Made by a program: the position numbers and the translations under genes. This document shows, piece by piece, positions 17,780 through 27,425 of a stretch of DNA of 64,000 nucleotides (position 1 is the first letter of the stretch; every line of letters starts with the position of its first letter). Source of the stretch: Actinomycetales bacterium (lineage in GTDB: Bacteria > Actinomycetota > Actinomycetes > Actinomycetales > CAWJMD01); the NCBI GenBank assembly GCA_047974565.1, contig JBKECN010000077.1, positions 9,723-73,722 of the forward strand, read 5' to 3'. The notes beneath the pieces are model-generated. The model made no database searches, was not told the DNA's origin, and worked only from the letters and a program-made list of their open reading frames with translations.

Positions 17780-17918
17780 GGGTCCACGATGCGCCCGCTC
17801 GCAGCGGCCTCGGGGCCGGTGCTGCTGTGGGCAGTGCTGCTGTCAGCAGCGCGGGTACCCACGGTGGGATATACGCAGGAGGCGACGGCCGCCGAGCCTG
17901 CCAGCGCCCGGCCCCTGC

Positions 17919-19172
17919 TCAGGAGGCCACGCCATGCTGGTAGTCGCGAGGCTCCATCACCCGGGAGACCAGGTAGCCGATGACGATCCCCCAGAAGGCC
18001 GCGCTGATGTTGAAGATCGTCAGGCCGGAGATGGTGACGACGAAGGTGACCAGGGAGCCGAGGGTGTAGGAACCGCTGAAGGCCGCCACGAACGCCCCTT
18101 GCAAGGCCCGCAGCATCGCGATGCCACCCAGGGCGAGGATGAACTCCGTCGGGGTGGCGAGCATCAGCCGGGTCAAGGTCGGCGCCAGCACCGCGGTGCC
18201 CAGGGCGAGCGCCCCGTACACCAGGGCGCCGGTGTACTGCCGGTCCTTCTCCCCGCTGGAGGTGAGGATGGCATTCGTGGGGCCGGTAACGCAGGCGCTG
18301 ACGGCCCCGAAGACCGCGTTCAGCAGGCTGAAAAGCCCTGATGTGGCGGCGAAGACGTTCACCGGTGGCTCGTGCCCGGCTGCCCGCAAGACAGCGATCC
18401 CCTGGCCGTTCTGCACGATCAAGACGGTGATCGCCAGTGGCACGACCAGTTCGAGCATGGCCTGGACGGTGAAGTCCGGGGCGGTGATGACTGGCGCGGC
18501 CAGCCATGGCCCGGACGAGCCGGACCACTGGAACTGGCCGGTGATGAGCACTGCGACCACGCCGATCACCAGGGCGCCGAGCACCGGCGGCATCAGCCGG
18601 GCCAGGCCGGGCAGGGCGGACAGAGCGATGAAGCCGATCACCATCGGGGCGGCGACGGCCGGGTTCGTCTGCACGGAGGTCACCAGATCGGTTCCAAAGC
18701 GCAGGAACACGGCGGCGACCATGGCCATGACGATCGGCATCGGGATCGCCCGCATCACCCGGCGCATCAACCCGGAGAGCCCCAACCCCAGGCACAGCAG
18801 GCCGGTGGCGTAGAAGGCGGCCACCACCTCCGGCCACGACAGATGCTGCAGCGAGGGGCCGAGCAGCACCGTCCCGGGAATGGACCAGGCGTAACCGAAG
18901 GGGCGTCGGTACAGCAGCGACATGGTGATCGTCGCCAGACCTGCGGACAGGAACATCCCGAAGATCCACGACGCCAGCTCCGCCCCGCTCAGCCCGCCGG
19001 CCTGGCCCACCGCCAACACCACCGCGACCGGTCCGGACGCGGAGAAGATGTAGCCGATGAGCCCGTTGGAGGCGTAGTGCGGGCCGAGGTCGCGACGCAC
19101 GTCGCGCAGGCCGGCCGGCGGGCCCTCGGGCCTCTCCAGGACGTGCCGGTGCTCGGTCACGGTGGCGGACAT
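17919..19172 (-). CDS. benE: Benzoate/H+ symporter BenE-family membrane transporter
   Basis: Long ORF 17919..20168 trimmed to ATG 19172 (MSATVTEHRHVLERPEG...). Polytopic protein containing GLIGYIFSASGPVAVVLAV and VTGPTNAILTSSGEKDRQYTGALVYG, BenE-like. Confidence 0.8.
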   Translation of the reverse strand: MSATVTEHRHVLERPEGPPAGLRDVRRDLGPHYASNGLIGYIFSASGPVAVVLAVGQAGGLSGAELASWIFGMFLSAGLATITMSLLYRRPFGYAWSIPGTVLLGPSLQHLSWPEVVAAFYATGLLCLGLGLSGLMRRVMRAIPMPIVMAMVAAVFLRFGTDLVTSVQTNPAVAAPMVIGFIALSALPGLARLMPPVLGALVIGVVAVLITGQFQWSGSSGPWLAAPVITAPDFTVQAMLELVVPLAITVLIVQNGQGIAVLRAAGHEPPVNVFAATSGLFSLLNAVFGAVSACVTGPTNAILTSSGEKDRQYTGALVYGALALGTAVLAPTLTRLMLATPTEFILALGGIAMLRALQGAFVAAFSGSYTLGSLVTFVVTISGLTIFNISAAFWGIVIGYLVSRVMEPRDYQHGVAS

Positions 19173-19397
19173 CGGTGTCGTGCTCCTACGGGTGTGCTGG
19201 CTCCGGAATCGAATCCCGGTCCCACGACGCCCGGGCCACCTCATCACACCATCGATCTCGCCGAGGGGCAGCACCCTGGTCGCCCAGTAGAACCTGGGGT
19301 GGGGGTACCCGGGTGGCCCAGGGTGGGCGATACCAGGGTGAGGCGCGGGTGGAGGGGATCGCCCCGCGCATGCCGACTCGCCCGGGTGAATGATGAG

Positions 19398-20186
19398 ATG
19401 GACGCCATGACGAACCAGACCATGCAGCAGCCCTCGCCCACCCGTCGGCGTGCAGTCGTGACGGGAGCGAGTTCGGGGATCGGCGCGGCCACGGTGCGTC
19501 AACTCGTGGCCGACGGCTGGTCGGTGCTTGCGGTGGCCCGGCGTCAGGAACGCCTGGACGCCCTGGCCGCCGAGACCGGGTGCGACATCCTGGCCGCGGA
19601 CATCACCTCCGACCAGGACGTGGCCCGGATCGTGCAGGCCGCCGGGCCGGACGCAACCACCCTGGTCAACAACGCCGGCGGGGCCCGCGGCACCGAGACC
19701 GTCGCCGAGGCGGACCTGGACAAGTGGCAGTGGATGTACGACGCGAACGTGCTGGGCACGGTGCGCCTGACCAAGGCGATGCTCCCGGTGATTCGCTCGG
19801 CCGGTGGAGGCACTCTGCTGTTCGTCTCCTCGATCGCCGGACACCTCACCTACGAGGGCGGTGCCGGGTACTGCGCCGCCAAGCACGCCGAGACCGTCAT
19901 CGCCGAGACCCTGCGGTTGGAACTCAACGGTGAGCCGATCCGGGTGATCGAGATCGACCCCGGGCTGGTACACACCGAGGAGTTCTCGCTGCGCCGCCTC
20001 GGTGGGGACCAGGCTGCTGCGGACAAGGTTTACGCCGGCGTCCCCGATCCTCTTGTCGCCGACGATGTGGCCGATGCCATCGTCTGGACACTGACCCGTC
20101 CCGCCCACGTCAACATCGACCAACTGGTGATCAAGCCGGTGGCGCAGGCCGCCCCGCACAAGACCCATCGCGTCCCGCAGAGCTGA
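19398..20186 (+). CDS. Short-chain dehydrogenase/reductase (SDR)
   Basis: ATG 19398. Motifs VVTGASSGIGAAT (TGxxxGxG), NNAG and YCAAK (YxxxK). Confidence 0.85.
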   Translation: MDAMTNQTMQQPSPTRRRAVVTGASSGIGAATVRQLVADGWSVLAVARRQERLDALAAETGCDILAADITSDQDVARIVQAAGPDATTLVNNAGGARGTETVAEADLDKWQWMYDANVLGTVRLTKAMLPVIRSAGGGTLLFVSSIAGHLTYEGGAGYCAAKHAETVIAETLRLELNGEPIRVIEIDPGLVHTEEFSLRRLGGDQAAADKVYAGVPDPLVADDVADAIVWTLTRPAHVNIDQLVIKPVAQAAPHKTHRVPQS

Positions 20187-20321
20187 TCTGCCTCACCCGG
20201 CGAATGCGCGAACCTTGGTGAGCCCCTACCAGACTGACCCCTGACAGACACGTCACATAACAACTCAACTCACACCAGCGTGTCGGCTTTGGTTGGTGGG
20301 CGCCGACCTTACCGTCGTGGC

Positions 20322-20492
20322 ATGGACGAGCAGAACGCCGAGGCGCAAGCACTACCGGCACGGACCTTGGTCGACACCCGGCAGGATGTACGCCCCTCTT
20401 CGGCCAACCCGCGGGACCAGATGACGGGCGAGGAACTCACCTCGGACGACCTGGAACGCACCCTGGCGGCGCTGCGCAGCGTACGGGTCTGA
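20322..20492 (+). CDS. Small hypothetical protein (56 aa)
   Basis: ORF reading MDEQNAEAQALPARTLVDTRQDV...ERTLAALRSVRV. A hairpin plus T5 terminator follows 12 nt downstream. No recognisable family. Confidence 0.3.
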   Translation: MDEQNAEAQALPARTLVDTRQDVRPSSANPRDQMTGEELTSDDLERTLAALRSVRV

Positions 20493-20504
20493 GTCCCCCC
20501 TCAG

Positions 20505-20523
20505 GCCGGGCCCCCGGCTTTTT
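20505..20523 (+). terminator. Rho-independent terminator-like hairpin with a T-tract
   Basis: GCCGG-GCCC-CCGGC followed by TTTTT. Read directly from the sequence, between convergent genes. Confidence 0.5.
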
Positions 20524-20552
20524 GATCCGATGCCTACGGCCCGGCTAGGGCC

Positions 20553-21275
20553 TTACCCAGACACATCCGGATCCACACCAGCCGCTTGCTGGCGCAGGTT
20601 GATGAGCCGGGCAAGCCACGACGTGAACAATTGCGTCTCGGGTTGGCCAAGGGCCTCAGGATTGGCGGCGGCATACTCGAGCAGGTCATACGCCCCAGGT
20701 GCTTCTTGACGCAGCATGGGACCCGTCCCGGTGATGGCGCTCAGGGCGCCCTCGCGCACCGCGACGGAGAGCGGACGGTCCTCTCCCAGGATGATCTGAC
20801 GAAGAGTGACGCCGATGTTCGTGACCAGCACGTGAGCTGCGGCTTGCTCGGCGGGCACCACTAACCTTCCCTGCTCACTGGCCCTGCGGGTGAGTTCGCG
20901 CAGGAGTTCACTCGGCCGTGATTGCGGCGCCGGCGAGTACCCGGGACGCACCGTGCCGTACATGAGGACGTAGAAACCCGGGTTGGCCAGGCCGAAGGCC
21001 ACGTGGGTATCCCATCCCTGCCGAAGATCCTGGACGGGATCTCCCGAGCTCTCGGCTTCGGCCTTCTCGGCGAGATACAGGTCGAACCCTCGCTCGACGA
21101 CCGCGTCGAGAAGACCCTGCTTGTTGCCGAAGAAGTGGTACAAGGTTGGCATCTTCACCCCAACTCGGTCACAGATGGCCCGCAGCGAGACGTCCTGACC
21201 TGGGGAGGCCGCGATCAACTCAGCGGCAGCGTCCAACAGCCGACTCCGGGTCGCCCCCGACTCCTCCGGCGCCAT
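20553..21275 (-). CDS. TetR-family transcriptional regulator
   Basis: The N-terminal HTH reads TRSRLLDAAAELIAASPGQDVSLRAICDRVGVKMPTLYHFFGNKQGLL, a typical TetR_N domain. Confidence 0.9.
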   Translation of the reverse strand: MAPEESGATRSRLLDAAAELIAASPGQDVSLRAICDRVGVKMPTLYHFFGNKQGLLDAVVERGFDLYLAEKAEAESSGDPVQDLRQGWDTHVAFGLANPGFYVLMYGTVRPGYSPAPQSRPSELLRELTRRASEQGRLVVPAEQAAAHVLVTNIGVTLRQIILGEDRPLSVAVREGALSAITGTGPMLRQEAPGAYDLLEYAAANPEALGQPETQLFTSWLARLINLRQQAAGVDPDVSG

Positions 21276-21295
21276 CTGGTCATCCTAGGCTGTAT

Positions 21296-21321
21296 CGATG
21301 GTATACATATACATATCATCG
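21296..21321. promoter_or_regulatory. Imperfect 26-bp palindrome in an AT-rich divergent intergenic region (probable TetR operator)
   Basis: CGATGGTATACAT|ATACATATCATCG matches 10 of 13 positions per half-site. It lies between tetR (start 21275) and the SDR gene (start 21342). Confidence 0.5.
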
Positions 21322-21341
21322 AAATATCGAGGAGTTGGCAC

Positions 21342-22112
21342 ATGACACTTCCTTCCAAGCAAACGGCAGACCTGACCGACAAGAACGTCCTCGTCGCAGC
21401 GGGAGCCAAGAACCTCGGCGGCCTGATCAGCCGCCGCGTGGCGGCCGCCGGAGCCAATGTGGCCATCCACTACAACTCCGACTCGACCGAACGCCAGGCC
21501 CAGGAGACTCTCGCGGACGTGGAGCTTCTGGGCGCTCGAGGAGTGCTGTTGCGTGGTGACCTCACCCGGCCGGCGAACGTGCGGACACTCTTCGGCGATG
21601 CCGAGGCCGCCCTGGGCCCGATCGACGTCGCGGTCAACACCGTGGGAAAGGTGCTGCGTAAGCCCATCGTCGACACCACCGAAGACGAGTACGACTCGAT
21701 GTTCGACATCAACGCCAAGGCCGCCTACTTCTTCATCAAGGAAGCGGGTCTGCACCTGGCCGACGGGGGGAAGATCATCACGATCGTCACGTCGCTGCTG
21801 GCGGCATTCACCGACGGCTACTCGACATACGCCGGGGGGAAATCCCCGGTCGAGCACTTCACCCGGGCCGCTGCCAAGGAGTTCGCCAGCCGCGGTATCT
21901 CGGTTACCGCGGTGGCGCCAGGCCCGATGGATACCCCGTTCTTCTATGGTCAGGAGACGCCAGAACGGGTCGCCTTCCACAAGTCTCAAGCCATGGGCAA
22001 CCAGTTGACCTCCATCGAGGACATCGCACCCATCGTCACCTTCCTGGCCACCGACGGTTGGTGGATCACCGGGCAGACAATCTTCGCTAACGGCGGCTAC
22101 ACGACCCGTTGA
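21342..22112 (+). CDS. SDR-family oxidoreductase
   Basis: ATG 21342 with GGAG 8 nt upstream. Sequence contains VLVAAGAKNLGG, YAGGK and PGPMDTPF. Divergent from tetR. Confidence 0.85.
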   Translation: MTLPSKQTADLTDKNVLVAAGAKNLGGLISRRVAAAGANVAIHYNSDSTERQAQETLADVELLGARGVLLRGDLTRPANVRTLFGDAEAALGPIDVAVNTVGKVLRKPIVDTTEDEYDSMFDINAKAAYFFIKEAGLHLADGGKIITIVTSLLAAFTDGYSTYAGGKSPVEHFTRAAAKEFASRGISVTAVAPGPMDTPFFYGQETPERVAFHKSQAMGNQLTSIEDIAPIVTFLATDGWWITGQTIFANGGYTTR

Positions 22113-22145
22113 ACCAGGCCCCTCACCTAGAAAGCACACAACGAT

Positions 22146-22478
22146 ATGACTAGCAATCCCGTCATCCCAGAGCCCGTCGCCTCCTTCATTCAGAAGGTGA
22201 ACGACCATGATCAGACAGGTTTTCTCGACGCCTTCACCGACGACGGCGTGGTCGATGACTGGGGGCGAACCTTCACCGGCAGGCAGGAGATCGCCGGGTG
22301 GAGCGAGGTGGAGTTCATCGGCTCCAAGGGCGTGTTGACCGTGGAGAAGGTCAGCGTCGCCGGCAGCCAGGTCACGGTGGAGGGCGACTGGCGCTCGAAC
22401 CATGCCAACGGGCAGTCGAGGTTCGTCTTCGAGGTCGCCGACGACAAACTCTCCAGGATGACCATCCGGCAAGGTTGA
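22146..22478 (+). CDS. NTF2/SnoaL-like small protein
   Basis: 110 aa, containing FIQKVNDHDQTGFLDAFTDDGVVDDWGRTFTGRQEIAGW, typical of the SnoaL-like fold. Confidence 0.65.
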   Translation: MTSNPVIPEPVASFIQKVNDHDQTGFLDAFTDDGVVDDWGRTFTGRQEIAGWSEVEFIGSKGVLTVEKVSVAGSQVTVEGDWRSNHANGQSRFVFEVADDKLSRMTIRQG

Positions 22479-22582
22479 GGCCCGCGCAGCACGCGCCCCG
22501 GAAGTGCCCAGCCCTTGTGCAGGGCCGTCACCGGTTGCCAGGTTCGTGAGCCGCCCCCGCGGGCCCTACGCTTGAGCGCGCT

Positions 22583-24376
22583 ATGGCACATCTACTGGGG
22601 GCCGAGGCCCTGCACCTGGAGTTCCCCACCACCGTCGTCTTCGACTCGGTCTCCCTCGGCGTGGACGAAGGCGACCGGATCGGCGTGGTCGGACGCAACG
22701 GCGACGGCAAGTCGAGCCTGCTGGCGATGCTGTCCGGTGCCTTGGAGCCACAGTCGGGGCGGGTGACCCGGCGCAGCGGGGTGCGCTTCGGGGTGCTCGG
22801 CCAGGGTGACGACCTCGACCCGGCCATGACGGTGGCCGAGACGATCGTCGGTGATCGTCCCGAACATGAATGGGCCGGGGACCCCCGGATCCGCGAGGTG
22901 ATCGCCGGACTCGTCGCCGACATCGCCTGGCAGGCGCGCACCGCGGACCTCAGCGGTGGCCAGCGTCGCCGGGTGGCCCTGGCTGCCCTGCTGGTCGGTG
23001 ACTGGGACCTCATCGCGCTCGACGAGCCGACGAACCACCTCGACGTCGAAGGCATCTCCTGGCTCGCCGAGCACCTCAAGCGGCGGTGGAGTGCGTCGGC
23101 GGGTGGCCTGCTCGTCATCACCCACGACAGGTGGTTCCTGGACGAGGTGTGCACCCGCACCTGGGAGGTGCACGACGGCATCGTCGAGCCCTTCGAGGGT
23201 GGGTACGCCGCCTACGTGCTGCAGCGGGTCGAGCGTGATCGGATCGCGGCGTCCGCCGAGACCAAGCGGCAGAACCTCATGCGCAAGGAACTGGCCTGGC
23301 TGCGACGGGGCCCACCGGCCCGCACGTCCAAGCCAAGGTTCCGGATCGAGGCCGCCAACGCTCTCATCGCCGATGTGCCTCCAGTGCGTAACCCCGTTGA
23401 GCTGCAACGCCTTGCAGTGGCCCGGCTGGGCAAGGACGTGGTTGACATCGAGGACGCCGGAGTGAGTTTCGGCGACCACGAAGTGCTGCGCGAAGTGACC
23501 TGGCGGATCGGCCCAGGCGAACGCACCGGGATCCTCGGCGCCAACGGGGCCGGCAAGTCCACCCTGCTCGGTCTGGTCACCGGGTCAATAACCCCGACGA
23601 GCGGACGGGTCAAGCGGGGCAAGACCGTCCGGGTCGCGATGCTCGACCAGCAGTTCAGTCAACTGGACGAGATCCGCGCCGACCGGGTGCGCGAGGTCCT
23701 CGCCCGCACCAAGACCACCTTCACCATCGAGGGCCGGGACACCACCCCGGCGCAACTGCTCGAACGCCTGGGCTTTGCACGCGAACATCTCTCGGCCCGG
23801 GTCGAGGATCTGTCCGGTGGCCAGAAACGACGGTTGCAACTGCTCATGCTGCTGCTCTCCGAGCCGAACGTCATCGTCCTGGACGAGCCGACCAATGACG
23901 TCGACGCGGACATGCTGGCGGCCACCGAAGACCTACTCGACTCGTGGCCCGGCACCCTCATCGTCGTCTCGCACGACCGGTACCTGCTCGAGCGGGTCAC
24001 CGACCAGCAGTACGCGATCCTGGACGGGCGGCTGCGGCACGTCCCGGGCGGTGTCGATGAGTATCTGCGGCTGCGGCACGAGCAGGGCACGTCGCCCGTG
24101 AGCTTCTCGGGCGGCACCGCTGAGCCCACGCCGGCGCGTGGCCCGGACACGCTGACCGGGGCGGACCGGCGTGCCACTCAGAAGGAGATCGCCTCCATCG
24201 AGCGGCAATTGGACAAGCTGCACGCCCGGGTGCAGAAGGCTCACCAGCAGATGGTCGAACACGATCAGAGCGACTATGCAGGCCTGCTGAAGATCGGCGA
24301 CGACCTCAAACGGCTCGAGGCGGAGGCCGGTGGCCTGGAGGAGCGCTGGCTGGAACTCTCCGATCTGCTGGAGTGA
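22583..24376 (+). CDS. ABC-F family ATPase (two ABC domains, no TM domain)
   Basis: Two Walker A motifs (GRNGDGKSS, GANGAGKST), two signature motifs (LSGGQRRR, LSGGQKRR) and a C-terminal coiled-coil tail. Confidence 0.9.
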   Translation: MAHLLGAEALHLEFPTTVVFDSVSLGVDEGDRIGVVGRNGDGKSSLLAMLSGALEPQSGRVTRRSGVRFGVLGQGDDLDPAMTVAETIVGDRPEHEWAGDPRIREVIAGLVADIAWQARTADLSGGQRRRVALAALLVGDWDLIALDEPTNHLDVEGISWLAEHLKRRWSASAGGLLVITHDRWFLDEVCTRTWEVHDGIVEPFEGGYAAYVLQRVERDRIAASAETKRQNLMRKELAWLRRGPPARTSKPRFRIEAANALIADVPPVRNPVELQRLAVARLGKDVVDIEDAGVSFGDHEVLREVTWRIGPGERTGILGANGAGKSTLLGLVTGSITPTSGRVKRGKTVRVAMLDQQFSQLDEIRADRVREVLARTKTTFTIEGRDTTPAQLLERLGFAREHLSARVEDLSGGQKRRLQLLMLLLSEPNVIVLDEPTNDVDADMLAATEDLLDSWPGTLIVVSHDRYLLERVTDQQYAILDGRLRHVPGGVDEYLRLRHEQGTSPVSFSGGTAEPTPARGPDTLTGADRRATQKEIASIERQLDKLHARVQKAHQQMVEHDQSDYAGLLKIGDDLKRLEAEAGGLEERWLELSDLLE

Positions 24377-24453
24377 CCTGGAAGGCGATACGTCATGGGC
24401 ACGGGCGGGCGACAGGGCGATCCGTCACCCGATGGCAGGCACCCGTTGCGCGC

Positions 24454-24897
24454 TCATTGCTGTTGCTGCCGTGTCGCTTCCACGTGTAGCGCGGCGACGG
24501 CGAGTTCGTGGTCCTGAGTCGACTCCAGCCCGGAGACGGCCAGAACCCCGACCACACACCCACTCACCACGATCGGCACCGCACCTCCGTACGGGGCGTA
24601 CTCGCCGCGAGTCAGCGCGAAGTCCTCGAAGAAGGCGGGATTGTGCTGCACCAGATCGTGGTAAACGGCCAGCGACGAGCGAGCGAAGCGCCTGACCACC
24701 CGGGACTTGCGTTCGGCCCACCCGTCGTTGTCGGCGCTGGTTCCGGGCATGGCGGCGTGGAATACCCGCTGCTCGCCGAGGGTGATGCTCACCACGACGG
24801 CGTGGCCGTCGCGACGACACGTCTCGACCAGGGCCCTTCCGAGCTGCCAGGCCTCGTCGTGGCCGAAGCGGGTCAACTGTACGGGTTCATGGTTCAT
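24454..24897 (-). CDS. GlcG/HbpS-like (DUF336, UPF0303-like) putative heme-binding/degrading protein
   Basis: ORF trimmed to ATG 24897. 147 aa containing GGAVPIVVSGCVVGVLAVSGLESTQDHELAV, typical of DUF336. Confidence 0.6.
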   Translation of the reverse strand: MNHEPVQLTRFGHDEAWQLGRALVETCRRDGHAVVVSITLGEQRVFHAAMPGTSADNDGWAERKSRVVRRFARSSLAVYHDLVQHNPAFFEDFALTRGEYAPYGGAVPIVVSGCVVGVLAVSGLESTQDHELAVAALHVEATRQQQQ

Positions 24898-24949
24898 CTG
24901 CTGTTCCCCTTGTCGATCAGTGTGGTTGACCACGGTCCTGGCGGAGTGC

Positions 24950-25951
24950 TCACTCGCCGTGGGGATCTGCGTCGAGGACGACCACCGCCTTGCCCCCGAC
25001 CCGGCCGGCCTCCATGTCCTCATGAGCGGTGACGATGTCGTCCAGCCGATAGGACTTGCCCACCGGGATGACCGCGCGTCCGTCGGCCACGGCGCCCAGG
25101 AACTCCTGCAGGGTCTGGGATGACAGGTCGTTGGCCTCACCCGAATAGGCGGTGAGGCGAACACCGTTGGGCAGCCAGTCCATCGGATAGAAGTCGGGGA
25201 TCGACCACTGGTCGGACAGCATTCCGGTGAAACACACCACTCCACCGGTGCGCACCGCGGTCAGGGTGTCCTTCATCACGTTCGCCCCCACGAGTTCGAC
25301 CGCACCGTCGACGTCCTCGGGCAACAGCGCGCGCAGCGCGGGTGCGATCGAGCCATCGTCGATGAGGATGTGGTCGACCCCGACCGACTCCAGCAGCGGA
25401 CGGGCCTGAGCCCGTCGCGTGGTGGAGTACACCGTCATTCCCCGCAGTTTGCCCAGCACCGCCAGGGCAAGACCGATCGAGGAGGTTCCACCTCGGATCA
25501 GTAACGACTGCCCCCGTTGGGCCTGCAACCCCACACGCAGCGACCCGTCGGCGGTCTGCAGCATCTCCGGGACCGCGCCCAACTGCGCCCAGGACAGCGA
25601 ACTCGTAAAGGGCAGAACCTGCGAGGCCGGGACGACGACGTACTCGGCATAGCCTCCATCGAAGGTCCGGCCCATCCCTCCCATCATCGTCATCACCCTC
25701 GTCCCCGAAACGAACTCGCCACCGGGAGCCGATTCGACGATGCCGGTGGCCTCGATCCCGGGAATCCGGGGGAAGGACCCGGTGGAGGCCATCCCCCGCC
25801 GGAAGTGCAACTCGGATCTGTTGAGGCCGAACGCCTTCACGCGAATGCGCACCTCGCCGTCGTCCGGTTCAGGGATCGGCACCTCGCTGATCTGCATGAT
25901 GTCGGGCGGACCCGGCTCGGAGACGACAACAGCGCGCATGGTCTGGTTCAT
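24950..25951 (-). CDS. Zinc-type alcohol dehydrogenase / quinone oxidoreductase family protein
   Basis: ORF trimmed to ATG 25951 (MNQTMRAVVVSEPGPPDIM...). MDR-family layout with RVKAFGLNRSE and a nucleotide-binding loop IRGGTSSIGLALAVL. Confidence 0.8.
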   Translation of the reverse strand: MNQTMRAVVVSEPGPPDIMQISEVPIPEPDDGEVRIRVKAFGLNRSELHFRRGMASTGSFPRIPGIEATGIVESAPGGEFVSGTRVMTMMGGMGRTFDGGYAEYVVVPASQVLPFTSSLSWAQLGAVPEMLQTADGSLRVGLQAQRGQSLLIRGGTSSIGLALAVLGKLRGMTVYSTTRRAQARPLLESVGVDHILIDDGSIAPALRALLPEDVDGAVELVGANVMKDTLTAVRTGGVVCFTGMLSDQWSIPDFYPMDWLPNGVRLTAYSGEANDLSSQTLQEFLGAVADGRAVIPVGKSYRLDDIVTAHEDMEAGRVGGKAVVVLDADPHGE

Positions 25952-26206
25952 GACAGTGCCTCCGGGTGAGGGCGGTGAGGGTCGGGGCCGGACGTGGCCG
26001 TCCGGCGGGTGCCGGGCAATGAGCGAGGGCGCGGACGAGGCACCCGCACGTACCGCAAGGTCAGCCATGGCGTGGGTCGGCAGGTCGACCGAGGAGGTCC
26101 GGCCGGCGGCAGGGCACCGCCGGTGCGGTGGGGCCGTCCCCACGAGGTGTGCCAGGTGGCAGCGGGCGTGCAGCCGGCGGGGTCATCGGTCATTGGACGC
26201 CGGGAC

Positions 26207-27421
26207 CTACCGCGGACGCACTCGGATGGTGAATCCGGTGAGTTTGTAGCCCTCGACGAGTTCCTCCCATTGGACACTCGGGGGGCTGACCAGGGTGACG
26301 TCCTCGACCAGCAGCCGGCTCAGCAGCACCTCGGTCTCGGCGATCGCCAGGAAGTTGCCGGGGCACCGATGCTGTCCTTCACCGAAGCTCAAGCCCTCGG
26401 GCCGGGTGGCTGTCGGCAGTTCGCGTGCGGGGCACAGCCGATCCGGCTCGGTGCCGAAGACCTCAGGGTCGACGTTCGTCACCCGCAGGTACAGGTCGAG
26501 CAGGGCTCCCTTGGCGATCTGGTAGGTCCGGCCGTCGGCGCTGAGGGTGAAGTCACGGTCGGCTCGTCGGTGCAGGTGCCCGACTACTGGCTCCAGGCGG
26601 AGGATCTCCAGCAGGATCGCGTGCCGCTTGGGGGTGTCGGCGGCCTGGAAGTCCGCCCGCAGCTGCTCGTTCTCCAGCAGATGCCACAGGGCCACCTGGA
26701 GGAACTCGCGGGTGGTGATCATCCCGGCCGCACCGTAGGTGATGCACTCGGTGACGATCTCCACCTCGCGGTAGCCGCTGTCCAGGAGGTGCGAGATGAC
26801 GTTGTGGCCTGGCTGGGCCCGGTTGGCACGAACGGCGGGGTGCACGTCCCGCCACCAGAACCACACGGTGCGGGAGTTGGAGATGAGGAAGGTTCGCACC
26901 TGCTGGAACCGGGAGACCCGTTGGCCGGGCAGCACCGCCGGGACCGCGAAGAGCCTGCCCAACCTGATGGCGAGCCCGTCCACGTCGTGAACTCCGAGGC
27001 CGATGACGTGCGCGGCGATGCGCACCGACAGCCGATAGGTCTGGGCGGTGAAGTCGCTGACGTCCTCGGCCAGCATCGCGGCGACGATCTCCTCGGACGC
27101 CTCCTCGATCACTGGCCGGTGAGTCGTCTGCACCGCCTTGGGGGTGAAGTACTGGGCCACCTTGGTGCGGTAGGCGCGGTGGTCCTCACCGGTGCCGTAC
27201 AGGATCGGCAGCCGCAGGCCCTTGAGCTGGGAGGCCAGGTACTCGGCGTTGAAACCGGACTGGGTGGTGGCATCGTTGAGCCGCAGCACCTCACGGGCCA
27301 GTGCGTGGGACCGGATGTGCCACACATCGCCGATCAACTCCACGGGTGGGCTCACCCGCTCCCCTGCACGGTCGACCCGACGATCCGAGTAGGGGCATTC
27401 AACCTCGGGTTCAGCACTCAC
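26207..27421 (-). CDS. Cytochrome P450
   Basis: Heme-binding loop FGEGQHRCPG and an ExxR motif (EILR). Start taken as GTG 27421, 4 nt after the ispE stop; the start is uncertain. Confidence 0.85.
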   Translation of the reverse strand: MSAEPEVECPYSDRRVDRAGERVSPPVELIGDVWHIRSHALAREVLRLNDATTQSGFNAEYLASQLKGLRLPILYGTGEDHRAYRTKVAQYFTPKAVQTTHRPVIEEASEEIVAAMLAEDVSDFTAQTYRLSVRIAAHVIGLGVHDVDGLAIRLGRLFAVPAVLPGQRVSRFQQVRTFLISNSRTVWFWWRDVHPAVRANRAQPGHNVISHLLDSGYREVEIVTECITYGAAGMITTREFLQVALWHLLENEQLRADFQAADTPKRHAILLEILRLEPVVGHLHRRADRDFTLSADGRTYQIAKGALLDLYLRVTNVDPEVFGTEPDRLCPARELPTATRPEGLSFGEGQHRCPGNFLAIAETEVLLSRLLVEDVTLVSPPSVQWEELVEGYKLTGFTIRVRPR

Positions 27422-27425
27422 GGCG

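Noticed and set aside
17796-17806. Palindrome CGCT-CGC-AGCG 17-27 nt upstream of the clpP ATG as a ClgR operator.
   Set aside because: It is short and GC-rich, so it is expected by chance at this GC content. It also lies very close to the start codon. I cannot match it confidently to a published ClgR consensus from memory.
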